Shown: positions 12,001 to 25,620 of the stretch, in pieces
Layout of the letters: each line of letters begins with the position of its first letter
Position numbering within the stretch: position 1 is the stretch's first letter
From: Gnetum montanum
Lineage: Eukaryota; Plantae; Gnetophyta
DNA length: 64,000 nucleotides
Reading direction: 5' to 3'
NCBI GenBank assembly: GCA_015680685.1
Contig: MNCI01000520.1
Coordinates: forward strand, 727,731 to 791,730
The notes under the pieces: model-generated
Told to the model about the DNA's origin: nothing
What the model saw: the letters and a program-made list of their open reading frames with translations, nothing else
The model's database searches: none
Program-made: the position numbers and the translations under genes

Positions 12001-15000
12001 CTCACATAAAATCATCATATAGAGGTAAACGTTTATAGATTACATTTAGCAAATAATCATCCATAGAAAATGTAATATGAATAGCAATACATAGCATGAA
12101 TAACATCACATATCAAAAATGTTGCAAAAAAGCCTAGTGGGAGGTATATCTGGTCATGCTCAACTAGTAGTGCTAGGTGGGGGTCTACTTCCTCTACTAG
12201 GTCACTAGGCCTATAGCATCACTTAGTACTTGCCAAAATCATTGAAAAATATGCATGATTAGTAAGTAAACATACACTATATGACCTAACTCAAAACATA
12301 AAAAGCACTAAAAAACTAACATTATAGAAACTAACTTGGGAGGGTCCCACATCAATGAGTTCTAGAGTTAACTTTCCAAGGCCAACATCCAAGCACTAGA
12401 GGATCTTGATTTCAAAAAGTTGCATCCAATCTTCTTGGACAAGGTCAATACCTGCAAGGGTCTTGTCTTTATTCATGGCAATCCATGTAGGTGGCTCCAT
12501 GGCAAATGTAGTAGAGAGGCTTCTTCATAGGGGGTGACAATCTACCTCATGTGAGAGTTACTCATGATCGTACTCTGTGGAAACAAGTCATATGCTTGCT
12601 TCCCACTAGTTTCCTCAAGAAACATGTCAAGGTGGTAGTTTTTGATAGATTCCTCCTTGTACCATTGCAAGTATGCATCATGCTTCCGCTTGTATTGATG
12701 TTTGTGACTTTTCTACACCTACCCCCATCAATAAACCTTTGTGCTATAATTCTTCCAATCCTAGTTCTTTTGAGCAAGCAAATCCATCTGAAGTTATTCC
12801 TCTACTAGCTCTTGTGTGACCTTGTTCTTACCTTTATGATCCCTTCAATACCTTGTGTACTTAATCTTAGAGGTACGCTATGTGCCATCTCCCTACTATT
12901 TAGCTACTACGAAGTCATATTTGGATTGAAGATTCTTGATGTTCTCATCTTGGCTAGTCAACCTCTCTTGAAATTCATACATGCATTTCCATAGGTGCTC
13001 ATTCAAATACCTATAGACCCACAATGCCTTGGCATAGAAAAGTATGCATTTTTTTGATGTCTTGTAGATGTGACAAGGCACTTGATTAGCTTTAGGAGGA
13101 AGGTTAGGCAGAGTGTCCACCTTGGCCAGCTTGCTAGGATCCCATTGCAGCTTATGACCTATAGGCATTGCACACATATGAGCATCTAAAAAATGAGTAA
13201 TGAGCAAGATAGCACAAGGAAAAATAACATTGCACACATACTAAGCTTAGGGTTTGCTTGTGGCAAGTGGTCCACCATGTCCTCAACAACACCTTCCATG
13301 AAGGTGAATTTATTCAGGATATCTACCCATGGCTCCATGCGATAGGTAGATGTGGGATTGCTAGTAGGAATATATGATGCTATAATACAATGATGAAATT
13401 AGCATATGGCCTAACAACTAAAGATACTAGACTAGACAAGGGAAGATAGATGGCAACACAAGTTGATTATCTAGCATGCCCTCAGGCGTGAGTATAGGAG
13501 GCTCACCTAGCTATATGTCATCAAACAAAGTGTCAAAATCATCCCCATCGGGGTGGAGTAACCCTTCTTCCTCCAACTACCAAAGGATCTTTTCCACCTT
13601 GTAAAGCTCATCTCCATGAGCCACCTCCTCCTCCTTAGCCTAAGGAGGTGCTTCCTCCTCTACTGCCTTGGCCATTGCTCTTGTAGCCCTCTTTTTTTTT
13701 TCTTTTTTTCTTTTTGTAATTAACACATATACATGTATAGCACATCGTTATGTATAGTACATCATCAGCTAATTAATAGTATAAAAAAATAAAAACATAA
13801 TAATAATATATGAATGTAACTAAGGCATCTAAGAAGCTACACATACTAATCTGCAACATCTACTTGCAAGTTTTGTAGCTTGATGCAGATCCTTTTGCTA
13901 CTTGGCTTCTTGATCTTAGTGGCAACTTGGTCTTCAAGATGTAGCCTCTTGATCTTAGCCTTAGATGGTTCTACCATCTCTGCCATGTAGCGATCTATCT
14001 TGCTCATGTCCCTAGTGCCAACTACATGATCCTTGCCTGTACTATCACATGAATAATGTGAGTGCCCCATGGAATCCTTGGTCGTTATTGATAATGAATC
14101 ATCAATCCCCTCTAGGGGAGTCCTACATGTGTGTGGTTGAGAACATATGTTTGATCCATGGCTTGGATAGTTGCTCATAGTCTTACAACATGCATCACCC
14201 ATCATCTTGCATGACCAAAAGTTCCATGAACCGTCATAGGTACATTGCGAAGAATGCACAATGGATATGGGACCTTTCATGGAGGTTGAATCGAAGCCTA
14301 GAAACCTCTACATGCAAGATGGTGGCTATGTATTTGGCCTAGTTGAACCTTGTATCCTCTACTAGCACCTCCTTCATCACCCATACTTGTTCCACCCCTA
14401 GGATCTTTCCTTAGAAAAGAAGCTTTGGAAAGGCATGAGCATGAAATAGAATGTAGAGCTTCCACACCTCAGGCTCTAGCACATCTTTGATTAGTATGCC
14501 TTTGTGAGATCAAGTGGCCTCCAAATAGTCCTCAATCTTCCCTCTATAGTCCACCTTCCTACTAGCCTTATTGACAATCATTAGGCTATCAGTAGGGATG
14601 CTAAAGAGATCAACAAAGAAGTGTTCGCTAAGGTGTAGCACTACTGTCATGTTGTGCACTTGAGTGACAAACTACTTGACGTCGCTGGTAAAGGAGTCAA
14701 TGATGATGACCATTTCAACCACTAGGATATTCAATTTAAGAGCCAAGAAGAGGTCCATTATCTCAACTTGTGTGATCCAAGTTGTTAATGCATCTGGCAC
14801 TTTGTGCATAGCCAATGTTGTGCACCCTTCATGTCCCTATATTTCATGATAAGGGTGGCCTTTGTGCAACCTATTGTGACCACCATTATGTCAGTTGAGG
14901 TAACCACCATTGCAACACATAGCAAAACAATGTTATCATCATGCAAATAACACAAACTAAAAGGCATACACAAGCAAGAACATGAGCCAAAACATAGATA

Positions 15001-17135
15001 GACACATGGTACAAATGAAGTGTGAGATGGGGGTGATGTTGCAAACACCTCCTCAGTGTTAATCTTACCAGAAACCCACTCCTCATCCAACCAACCATGG
15101 ATCCTACATCACTCATAGGCCTTTAGGTATTGGGAAATGTAGGCCTTCAGATCATGCCCCACCTAGTCAATCATGGTTACTTGTACTTTTGTACACATTG
15201 AGATTACCTCTAGGGTAGTATGGGTTAAGGCTAGAGCATCCACATCATCATGCAAGCCATTATCATCAACTTTGAATTCCACAATCAATCATAGAACTAT
15301 TAGTAATTTAATGATCAAGTAGCAAAAAACATTGCATAAGCCATAGAAGCACTTACTCTTCGATGTAGTAAACAATTCCAGTTGGATTCTAGAATAGAGT
15401 ATGCACCTACTGCATGATGTTGCTTTTGTTGTAAGAAACAAGGCCTATCATGCACCATACTCTAGATAATTTCTGAATTAGGATGTCTACCTAAGCCTCT
15501 TGTCCCATCAATGTTTGTAGTGGGATCATCTAAGATGAAATTTAGAATACTCCAATTAGCCCCGGGTAACAACATCTCAATGATAGCTCTAGTAGCCTCA
15601 ATTGCCAAGTGTGATCACATGATCACACTAAACTACTACAATAGATATTCTAAGAACTCCCAAGATCTTGGCCAAAACCACACCACCTAATGGACTAGTC
15701 ACATATCTCATGTGGGGATGTTAGGAATAGGTTCACCCATGCAAAATAGGATGGCTATGAGCTCAACCACTATTAGAATAGGCTTTAGCAACATCCTGAA
15801 ATTAACAAGAAATAGACAAAGCATTAGTATATATGCATAGAGGCAAAATTTTAATATACACATTATAAATTATTAACATGAATTAGCAAAAATTCAATTT
15901 TGGTAGTACACCCTACAACCCCAAGTGTAGGATGTTGCTTAACTTTTTTGACACACTTGCCACTTTTTATAGGCTTAGTAATATGTTTCACAAGTTTAGC
16001 ATCAGGCATAGTTAATAAAATTTTGTCAAAATTTTTACTAACTTTGGACTACCTCAGTGGAGAGTGTAGTTCCAAAATGGTAAAATTTTGACTAACTCTG
16101 GACTACCCTAGTGGAGAGCATAGCCTTGAAAAAATAGACATTTAGCAAACACATATTTTGACAAACACTTGGTAAAATAGGCATTTTGAAAAACACCTAG
16201 CAAACTATCCTTTAAATGCATAGAATGTGTAGTCCCATGGTTGTGGAGAGTATAGTCTCCCCACAGTGCCATGACCATCACACCTAACGAGGCCTCACCT
16301 TGCCCCTTCCATCATGGTAGGATGTGCCTCTACCACAGTAATGCGCAATGTGCAATGGTAGCTGTGGCCCCTGTAGCTAGCCATAGTGCATAACACATGC
16401 AATCCCATGGCCCTTGCAGTCATACCACAATGCATAATGTACAAGACTCCAAGCATTGTGCCACCTTTAACACAAAAAAATGTCGGGATAGATCCCTACC
16501 TCACTTCCTACCCCTGTAGTAGGCTATTCCTAGTCACTTCCAGAACCCTAGCATCCTCTACAACCATGTCCCCTATGGTCGCACAATAGTGCATAACACC
16601 TTCAACCCTAAGCCCCACACTAAAGAATAAAATTTTAAATCCCATGCTCCAAAATAAAGAAAGAAAAAGGAGGGTAAGGGAGAAGAAAGATGATGCTCAA
16701 TGGTAATCTTGGCTCTTCTGTAGCCATGCCACACTGCACAATGGTAGATATGGCCCCTTGTGGCTAAGCCATGGAGTGCCATGCATGGGGCCATAAGGCC
16801 CATGCACCCCCATGCCCTTGTGCACCCTAAAATCCCAAAACCCTACATAGTCTCAAAACCCCACAAGCATCAAAATCCTATGCACGTAGCCTATGTGCAA
16901 CCTCAAATCTCATAGATACACCACAAAGGAAAAAGGAAAATAAAATAAATAGCAATGACACATGATGGAAGCCACAACCCCTACAACCACACTATAGTGC
17001 TTAATGATTACCATCACCCTACAATCATGCTACATGGTGTGTGTGCAGTGCAAAGAGAAAATAGGTGATCAAACAAAACCCTCAACCACCGCACTATGCC
17101 ATAGATGATGCATAGTTGTGGTAGCCATTGCCATG

Positions 17136-17900
17136 TGATGAGTGGTGAGGTACCCCTACAGTCAACCATACGAAACGAGCGTTGCACACGTGATCCAGTT
17201 GAACTCCGTAGATGGACTAGTTGTGGCACCTAGCTAGTTAGCCTTAGGTTGCAGTTCACTGTCTTTCCATCTAGACTAGTTTTGCATATGTCATGTATGG
17301 TTTAGTCTAGATGAGGTGTATGATGTGTTCTAATTCTAATGCTACTCCTGATGGCAGTGGAAAATAATGTTAACTAATCTAAGCTAAGAGGAAAAGGGTA
17401 AGAAAATATAATCTAGCCTAAGTGCGATGAGCAACTGATTCCTTGATCAACCATACACATCTTGGACCGTGCACGACTGCCACTGGGACTACCAAGCATA
17501 GGCCTAGGTACGCCACTAGGATTACCAAGCGCAGACCCCAAATACGCCACTGGGTTACCAAGCATAGATCCCCCTAGCTACACCACTGGGCTACCAAGTA
17601 GTCACNCCGATCATGTGCGTGTCCAAGTACGACACACTCGAATAAAGACACCGTACAATTACATTCACCACACTGCAGGCAGACACGGAAAAAATTCTAA
17701 CTCTGGAGGGATCAAACTGCCAGAACTTTGCTACTCTAAAACTGGGATCCAAATGAGGGAGAGCCGCCTCTTATTTATAGAAATTGCGGTTGACTACGAT
17801 ATCACGTACGTGATATCGCGGCCCATGATATAACGTGGGTGCCTTATCGTGGGTGCCTTAACACAACTACCAGCAATATGAGCAATTTCATGTCTCATCA
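17136..17900 (-). repeat. 3' LTR of element C
   Basis: 17610-17900 matches 23320-23669; contains ~33-nt CCACTGGG-TACCAAGC repeats (17480-17600). Confidence 0.9.
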
Positions 17901-20484
17901 TACCCCCACAACTGAATGAAAACTCGTCCTCAAGTTAAAGTAAGAACAAGTCACATTGATTACATAGTGGATAGGTATGGGATTATTAGATGGAAAAATG
18001 GGATGATGCTGCAATGTGGGAAGAAAACAAAACAGAGACACAACACATAGAATATTTACAAAAATTTGGAACTCATGTAGTTCCTGGTGGCGATGACTGC
18101 TCCATAGGTGTCTTTCCCTTTTCTTGNNNNNNNNNNNNNNNNNNNNNNNNNNNNNNNNNNNNNNNNNNNNNNNNNNNNNNNNNNNNNNNNNNNNNNNNNN
18201 NNNNNNNNNNNNNNNNNNNNNNNNNNNNNNNNNNNNNNNNNNNNNNNNNNNNNNNNNNNNNNNNNNNNNNNNNNNNNNNNNNNNNNNNNNNNNNNNNNNN
18301 NNNNNNNNNNNNNNNNNNNNNNNNNNNNNNNTTAACTATGGTGCCTTCTTCTTTGTTGTGCCAAAATTGGTACATTTCCCCTAAGTACCAGGCACTGCTT
18401 TCAGAGAGGGTATCTCTTGCTTTTGCCTACCCAAACCGTACAGTAGGAGGATCTTCTTGATGAAAGTTGAATAATTGTTGCTCCTATTTTGCATGTTGTC
18501 TGGTAGGATCGTGTCTTCCACCTCTCTGAGATCATTTGATCGCACCTTGAGCAGGACCTTCCTGTTGTCCGCATTTCAGGACCATCTGCAATCACACGGG
18601 ACCAATCGTTAGTAAGGTTGTTACCAAAGTTAGGTTATACCTTACTACTTGCCTTAATAGATTTACTTTATTTCCATGTGATGTTAATTATTAGAAGAAC
18701 ATATCCCTGAAAGATTATAATGCTGAGTCCTCTTTGCTTAGGTGGTTTCCCAATTTAATTTTCTGGTATAGCTAAGGGGATGAAATTGTTTTTGACACAT
18801 TCGAATCTTAATTTTAGAACTAATTACCCGTAAAGATGTCCTTTGGGCGATGATGAATTTCAAAAAATGTACATGCTATTAAGCATGGACAAAAAATTTA
18901 TATGCTATTTAGCATGTACCCTCTCCCCCATGACTAAGCTGAACACTCTGAGTTCAAGTAGGTTCAAACGGAATGAAAATCGGAGTACCAGCAAGCGAGT
19001 TATGGATATGAAAGCAAGGGACGTGCAATCGCAAGTCGTAGAGAGAAATTTGAAAAACTTTCCCTGTGTGAACAGTTGTAAATAATGTTGATTAGCACAA
19101 GGGGGTCATGTATATATTGAAGTGAGGACACTTAGAGAATGTACCGAATTTTTTTTATATGTTTTTGAAATTAAACATTGTAAACTAAGAACATCTGGAC
19201 AATTATTAAAGGGTTCTAGGGTAATTCAACTAGTTCTGAAGGCACAAAAATTATGATGGTGTGGAATTTATCAATAAGAACCTTAGATGGTAGGGAAAAA
19301 GGCTATGTGATGGTAATAAGGGAAAGAAAATCAATTGAAAAATGAAGCTGAGGGTAAGAGATTGTGTGTTCTAGCTGGAGAATTAATGAATATTACAACA
19401 AAATTACATAAGCGGGTCCTCCTCAAAGTAGGTTTCAACCTATTATGCCCTTATGTAATCACAATTAAAGTGTCCGTGGGCACTAGAAGGGTTAAATGTA
19501 ATCTGCACTAACTCCACAAAACACACACATGTAAATATCATCGAAATGAGATGAAAATTTTATGTTACACGGGACACGAGCTAAAAATTACATGAACAGT
19601 GAGATGAGATGAAGTAGAGAAAGGGATTGTAGAGATCGGGACATGAGGTAACTGTCGCAGGGCACAATGAATCTTGTGTGTAAATCATGATTAATGTGTC
19701 ATTAACCTGTCATTCCAAGATCAAGACCAAGTCCATCCTTCTAATCAATGACATCACATTATTTCATCCCATGATGAACAACTATGAGAGTACCATAACA
19801 ACAAGGCGTATGATCACTTGGCACTTAGTACAAGGGAGGAGTGATGTTTTTGTTTTATGGCACTTGTCTTTTTCTTTTTCTCTTCTTTCTTTTTTCTTTT
19901 TCACTTTACTGAATCCAGAGAAGCTGCCAACCTTCAGGCATGGGTGCATGTCTTTCCAGTGGGACCTCCTAGAATAGCTTTTGATTTTTGAGTGCCCTTT
20001 TGATTACTCTTACTCCCATTTTTCATTAGATCTACAAGGATCTTAGTACAACCACATTGCATGATAACTCTCATAGAGTTCACCAAAGAGAATCCACAAA
20101 TCCCCTTGATGTCACACCCTAATCATTCCCTCTTGGTCCATCCTTCTTCATTCTGGGTACAATGAACATAAAATTAATTTTAAGTTTAGAAATTCCAAGA
20201 ATATCATTGTACCCATGAACAGACCCTCTTATTTATAGAGTGGATGAGTGGGTGTAATGGGCTCACTGTTCCAAATAATTGATCACTTATGACTTAATAA
20301 CATAAAACACACCTCAACCAATGATCCACATGAGTGTTTTATTCGTAGACGAGATTACTTACTCAACATGAAAATACAAACATACAGAAAGGATAAAAAG
20401 ATAAAAAGACAAAAACAAAAAGTTGAAAAATGAAAAACTGAAAAACAAAAAAGTTGTAAAATTAAAGAAAATAAAAAATGGTTA

Positions 20485-22650
20485 TTAATCCTGCTTGTTA
20501 TTAGAATGAGGGATATCCCTCATAGCTAAACAGTTGTGGATGGCATGGATTAATAATTGACGACTGGAATCCTTACTTCTTGGAAATCTTGGGACTTGGT
20601 CATACTTACCCCGTCGGGTTTCACACACTGGGTTATAAGGAGCATAGTGGGGCAATTTATACAATGTAGTTCTTGAATAACGAGTTGACCCACTATAATG
20701 TTTAGGACCGAATGGTATGCAAGGATTAATAAATGAAGGTTGAGGATCCTTGCATGTTGGAAATATTGGAACTGGTCCATACTCACCCCATTGGGGTTCA
20801 CACACTTGATTGTAGTAATCATAGTGGGGCACTTCATACGATGTAGTTCCCAGATAATGAGTTGACCCACTATGATGTTTGTGACCGTTAGATGGTATGC
20901 AAGGATTGGGTTGATGTCTCCCATCATTGTGTTCATTAGGCTGTATGGTTGTTGGAGTGTTAGTTGGTGGCCCTGATAAAGTTACATGAGGTGTTGGGTT
21001 TGAAGGTAAGGGTGCACCACATTGTTGGACTTGTGCTGGGTTGGAAGATGCAGTGGCCTCAGAGTTGTGTTGTCCACGGCCATGTTTAAAGAAAGGACAC
21101 CTTTGATTTTGAGGAGGCTCTTCACTGCTCTTAGTAGCAGTAGCACAAGTGTTGTTCATGGGTTGCAGTGGTACAAACGCCTTAGGAACAGTTGGTGGCA
21201 TTGTGGAAGGAGGGAAAGGATAAGAATGTTGAAAGTTAGGAGGAATGTAAGGTGCACAAGGTGGTGGTTGTGTTGGAGGTATGGGCTGATAGTATTGTGG
21301 AGAATGATGTTGTGGTGAGATAAAGTGTGGCGGCCCAGTTAAAGAAATAGGAGGTTGAACATGATAAACATTTGGATTCGGAAAATATGAAGGCTGCCTC
21401 CAGTCTAAGGGTGGATTCCCCCACGACTGGGATTGTTGCCACTGTGGTTTGACACAGTATCTCTGTACGAACTCTAGATGTAATGTGTTTTCCCAATGCT
21501 CCTGTAGATGTAACAATATTGGGCATTGGCCCTTGGCGTGATCGTACAGGCATATATTGCATTCATACGTATGATTGGCAGTTGAGCACTTATTCCCTTC
21601 ATTTGTTTTTTCCGAATGTCTATGATTTTGTCGTGCTTCTTGGGTTTTGAAAACTCTATCTCCAATGGTATTGATACACTCTCCATACTTTTGATTTATC
21701 CATTCCAACATCTTATTGATCTTTGCCTTGGCTTCTTCTAACAATTTTCGTATTGGCAAAGATGATGTTTCCACCTTGAGATTAGTCGATCTCTCCTTGT
21801 TATGATCCTGGACCTTTGTTGAGTTGTGATTTTGGTCCTGTTGATGTTTTTCAACACTCTCCCATCTAGCCATTTCTCCTTCTTCTTTTGCTACCCGTTG
21901 AATAAGATCTTGGATTTGGTGGGTTCGTAGGTTATATAGTTGACCTTGGGCATATACTTCTAAAGTCTCTCTTGTTTCATTACGTAGCCCATCAACGATA
22001 TGATACATTAGCCTATCCTCAGAAAACCCATGGCTTGGACAATTATTTAATAGTGCATAATATCTTTCCAAGGCCATGTCCAAGGGTTCATGTTATGCTT
22101 GTTTCCATCCTTGGATTTGTTTCCTCAAGGCTGACACTCTTACGTAGGTTTGATATTTTTCATTAAATACTTCTACTATTGTTGACCAGTGTCGTATTGA
22201 GTTTGGTTTTAACTATCTATACCATACTTTTGCTTGGTCAATTAGTATCATAGGGAAGAGCTTAAGTTTTTGCCACCCATTATCAATGTTGTTCCATGTG
22301 CAGGCATCATAGAAGGCTAGTAAATGTTGTTGTGGATCTAAGTCATAGCCTCCTGAAAATGTAGGAAAGTTGTTTAAATCGAGCCTGGGTAGTCGACTCT
22401 CTTTACGATGCCTATGGGAGATTCGAACAGCCCCTTGTATTTGTGTTAGGCTTATAGTGGCCAGTGGGGGTTCATCATCATCGGGTAAGTTATGTCTTCT
22501 TGTGTTAGGATGACGTTGTTTTTGTTGATGTTTATAAGAAACCCCCACCTCAGATTGTGTACTCCAATCTTCATCATCGTATGGTTTGTTGGTTCTCCAA
22601 TGAACTTCCTCACTAAGTGTGGCATAATTATCATCTTGTAGGAGAGGCAT
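20485..22650 (-). pseudogene. gag: gag of element C (Retrotrans_gag-type, Zn knuckle, Pro-rich tail)
   Basis: FPTFSGGYDLDPQQHLLAF..KLKLFPMILIDQAKVWY..ERYYALLNNCPSHGF; CNICLYDHAKGQC knuckle; only a few stops. Confidence 0.9.
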
Positions 22651-23319
22651 GATTGTGTGTGAATTTAGATGTGACTTTTTTAATTACTTCTTCTTCCTAA
22701 GAGATATATCTTTAAGTTCTTTACAGCGACCTTGTATGATATAACTAATCTANNNNNNNNNNNNNNNNNNNNNNNNNNNNNNNNNNNNNNNNNNNNNNNN
22801 NNNNNNNNNNNNNNNNNNNNNNNNNNNNNNNNNNNNNNNNNNNNNNNNNNNNNNNNNNNNNNNNNNNNNNNNNNNNNNNNNNNNNNNNNNNNNNNNNNNN
22901 NNNNNNNNNNNNNNNNNNNNNNNNNNNNNNNNNNNNNNNNNNNNNNNNNNNNNNNNNNNNNNNNNNNNNNNNNNNNNNNNNNNNNNNNNNNNNNNNNNNN
23001 NNNNNNNNNNNNNNNNNNNNNNNNNNNNNNNNNNNNNNNNNNNNNNNNNNNNNNNNNNNNNNNNNNNNNNNNNNNNNNNNNNNNNNNNNNNNNNNNNNNN
23101 NNNNNNNNNNNNNNNNNNNNNNNNNNNNNNNNNNNNNNNNNNNNNNNNNNNNNNNNNNNNNNNNNNNNNNNNNNNNNNNNNNNNNNNNNNNNNNNNNNNN
23201 NNNNNNNNNNNNNNNNNNNNNNNNNNNNNNNNNNNNNNNNNNNNNNNNNNNNNNNNNNNNNNNNNNNNNNNNNNNNNNNNNNNNNNNNNNNNNNNNNNNN
23301 NNNNNNNNNNNNNNNNNNN

Positions 23320-23669
23320 GTCATGTGCATGTCCAAGTACGGCACACTCGAATAAAGACACTGTACAATTACATTCACCACACTGCGGGCAGACACAGGA
23401 AAAATTCTAACTCTGGAGGGATCAAACTACCAGAGCTTCGCTACTCTAAAACTGGGATCCAAATGAGGGAGAGCCACCTCTTATTTATAGAAATTGTGGC
23501 TGACTACGATATCGCATACGCGATATCGCATACACGATATCGTGGCCCATGATATATCGCATATGATATATTGCATACGTGATATCGCAACCCATGATAT
23601 AACATGGGTACCTTATCGTGGGTGCCTTAAAATGACCACTAGCAATATGAGCAATTTCATGTCTCATCA
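23320..23669 (-). repeat. Visible part of the 5' LTR of element C (remainder in N gap)
   Basis: Near-identical to 17610-17900 but with extra CGATATCGCATA repeats. Confidence 0.85.
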
Positions 23670-25008
23670 CCATGGGAGGGCACACAAGGTGGCACCATGG
23701 GACTATACTCCCTAAAACCCTTGGAACCCTCACCAAGGAAAAACTACATAAGAAAAAAAAATCAAAGTAAGGAAGAAGAGCATAGTTGGTGTACTTGGAT
23801 GACATTGACAACCTTCTCTCCTTCACATGTGCTTACAGAAAGTAGCTCAATGCTCTCTTTCCCTTAGCAATGTTTGCCAACCCTAGGTGAAGGTGTCCAC
23901 TTTAGTGTGTCATCTTTCTTCCAACTATGTTCCCCACTGACAATGATGTTCAAATTTATAGTGAGACTACACTTCTAACATCATGGTGAAATGACAAAAA
24001 ATGATAAGTTACCATGGTAAAACCATGTCTATATATCCCCTTGGGGTTATTTAATGATCCACCAACTTGAGACTACACTCGTTGCCAAATGCTTAATAGA
24101 GAGTGTAGTTGGGTGTGAGCGTAGTCAACCATACTTAGTCCATAACTATGATTTTTTACTACCCTACAAATGTGAGAGTTAATTCCACTCTCAAACTATT
24201 GACGACCGTTTGGGACACGACCGCCAACGAGTGTCCTCGAATAGGATTTAGGTGCTTGCTGGTCTCTGGCTACACCAAGGCCCAGATACCTCCAAATAAA
24301 CTCAGTAGTTAATGTGAGTATGTGTGTGTGCTGTTGCGGCGTGCGGTTGTGAGAAATGTAACGATTGCGTTGTGTGTAAACTACAAATGACTTACTTTAA
24401 AGAGATTCAACCAACTTTGCCAAGTACTGTGAGTTGTTGAAAATTTCCTATTTTGTTCAANNNNNNNNNNNNNNNNNNNNNNNNNNNNNNNNNNNNNNNN
24501 NNNNNNNNNNNNNNNNNNNNNNNNNNNNNNNNNNNNNNNNNNNNNNNNNNNNNNNNNNNNNNNNNNNNNNNNNNNNNNNNNNNNNNNNNNNNNNNNNNNN
24601 NNNNNNNNNNNNNNNNNNNNNNNNNNNNNNNNNNNNNNNNNNNNNNNNNNNNNNNNNNNNNNNNNNNNNNNNNNNNNNNNNNNNNNNNNNNNNNNNNNNN
24701 NNNNNNNNNNNNNNNNNNNNNNNNNNNNNNNNNNNNNNNNNNNNNNNNNNNNNNNNNNNNNNNNNNNNNNNNNNNNNNNNNNNNNNNNNNNNNNNNNNNN
24801 NNNNNNNNNNNNNNNNNNNNNNNNNNNNNNNNNNNNNNNNNNNNNNNNNNNNNNNNNNNNNNNNNNNNNNNNNNNNNNNNNNNNNNNNNNNNNNNNNNNN
24901 NNNNNNNNNNNNNNNNNNNNNNNNNNNNNNNNNNNNNNNNNNNNNNNNNNNNNNNNNNNNNNNNNNNNNNNNNNNNNNNNNNNNNNNNNNNNNNNNNNNN
25001 NNNNNNNN

Positions 25009-25620
25009 TTGCCAAGGATGATACTATCTAAACCACTAGCTAAACAATTTAAACAAAACAAAAAATGAAATGCATAACTCACAGGACCATGACAAAGAGG
25101 CTAAAATCTTTATTCTAGCAAGCCATCTTGTAATAAATCTTCTTTACAAATCTTCCAAGTGTGATGTGTGAGACCCCTTGTGGTTCCAATCCTCCCCTTT
25201 GTTCTTCCTTTTCTCCTTTGTTCTTCCTTTTTTCCACCCTTCCCTTCCTCCTTGACCCCTGAAGCCTTTTTATAGGGTTCCAAGGTAGGTAGGGAAGTTA
25301 CATATTTAAAAATATCTCACCTAACTTCTCTCCCAAGTAACTTGGCCAACCAATTAGGAAATTACTTACCCAACAAGTTAGAAGGTTACTTGCCCAACAA
25401 GTTAGGTAAGTTACAACAATATTGGGTGGTTTCAACCACAAAAGAGATAAGGAAGTTGACAACTGGCCTTGGTAGTTAAAATATAATCTTAAAGATACAT
25501 AGGGATACAAGCTATAATACTCCATATATATNTCCTAACTTTTCTCTCAAGTAACCTGACTAACCAATTAGAAGATTACTTTCCCAACAAGCTAGGAGAA
25601 AGTTACAACAATTTTAGATA
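25009..25620 (-). mobile_element. Unclassified LTR-like fragment next to a gap
   Basis: Minus-strand TATA (CCTATAAAAAGG ~25265-25276), AATAAA, short CCCAACAAGTTAG repeats; absent from B2. Confidence 0.35.

Larger units (their letters stand above)
17136..23669 (-). mobile_element. Athila-like LTR element C, nested, no pol visible
   Basis: Termini TGATGAG...CTCATCA; perfect 5-bp TSD CCATG (17131-35 / 23670-74); empty site visible at ~57172 in B2; PPT at 17901-17912; gag on minus strand. Confidence 0.9.
12150..23920 (-). pseudogene. Antisense multi-exon accessory gene of B1 (FCP1/NIF-like + plant-transposon domain + coiled coils), split by element C
   Basis: NIF-like exon 15357-15795 (VVWFWPRSWEFLEYLL..FSVIM*SH); transposon-domain exon 13847-14909 (FFVDLFSIPTD..VEQVWVMKEVLVEDTRFN*AKYI); U-rich GT..AG introns (see findings). 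The 5' end near 23920 is tentative. Confidence 0.75.

Noticed and set aside
17478-17600. CRISPR-like repeat/spacer pattern (CCACTGGG-TACCAAGC with ~15-nt variable gaps)
   Set aside because: The spacers are short and related to each other, the array lies in a plant LTR and there are no cas genes; it is a minisatellite
22680-25082. Long ORFs in the ORF track (also 17990-18460)
   Set aside because: Artifacts of N runs
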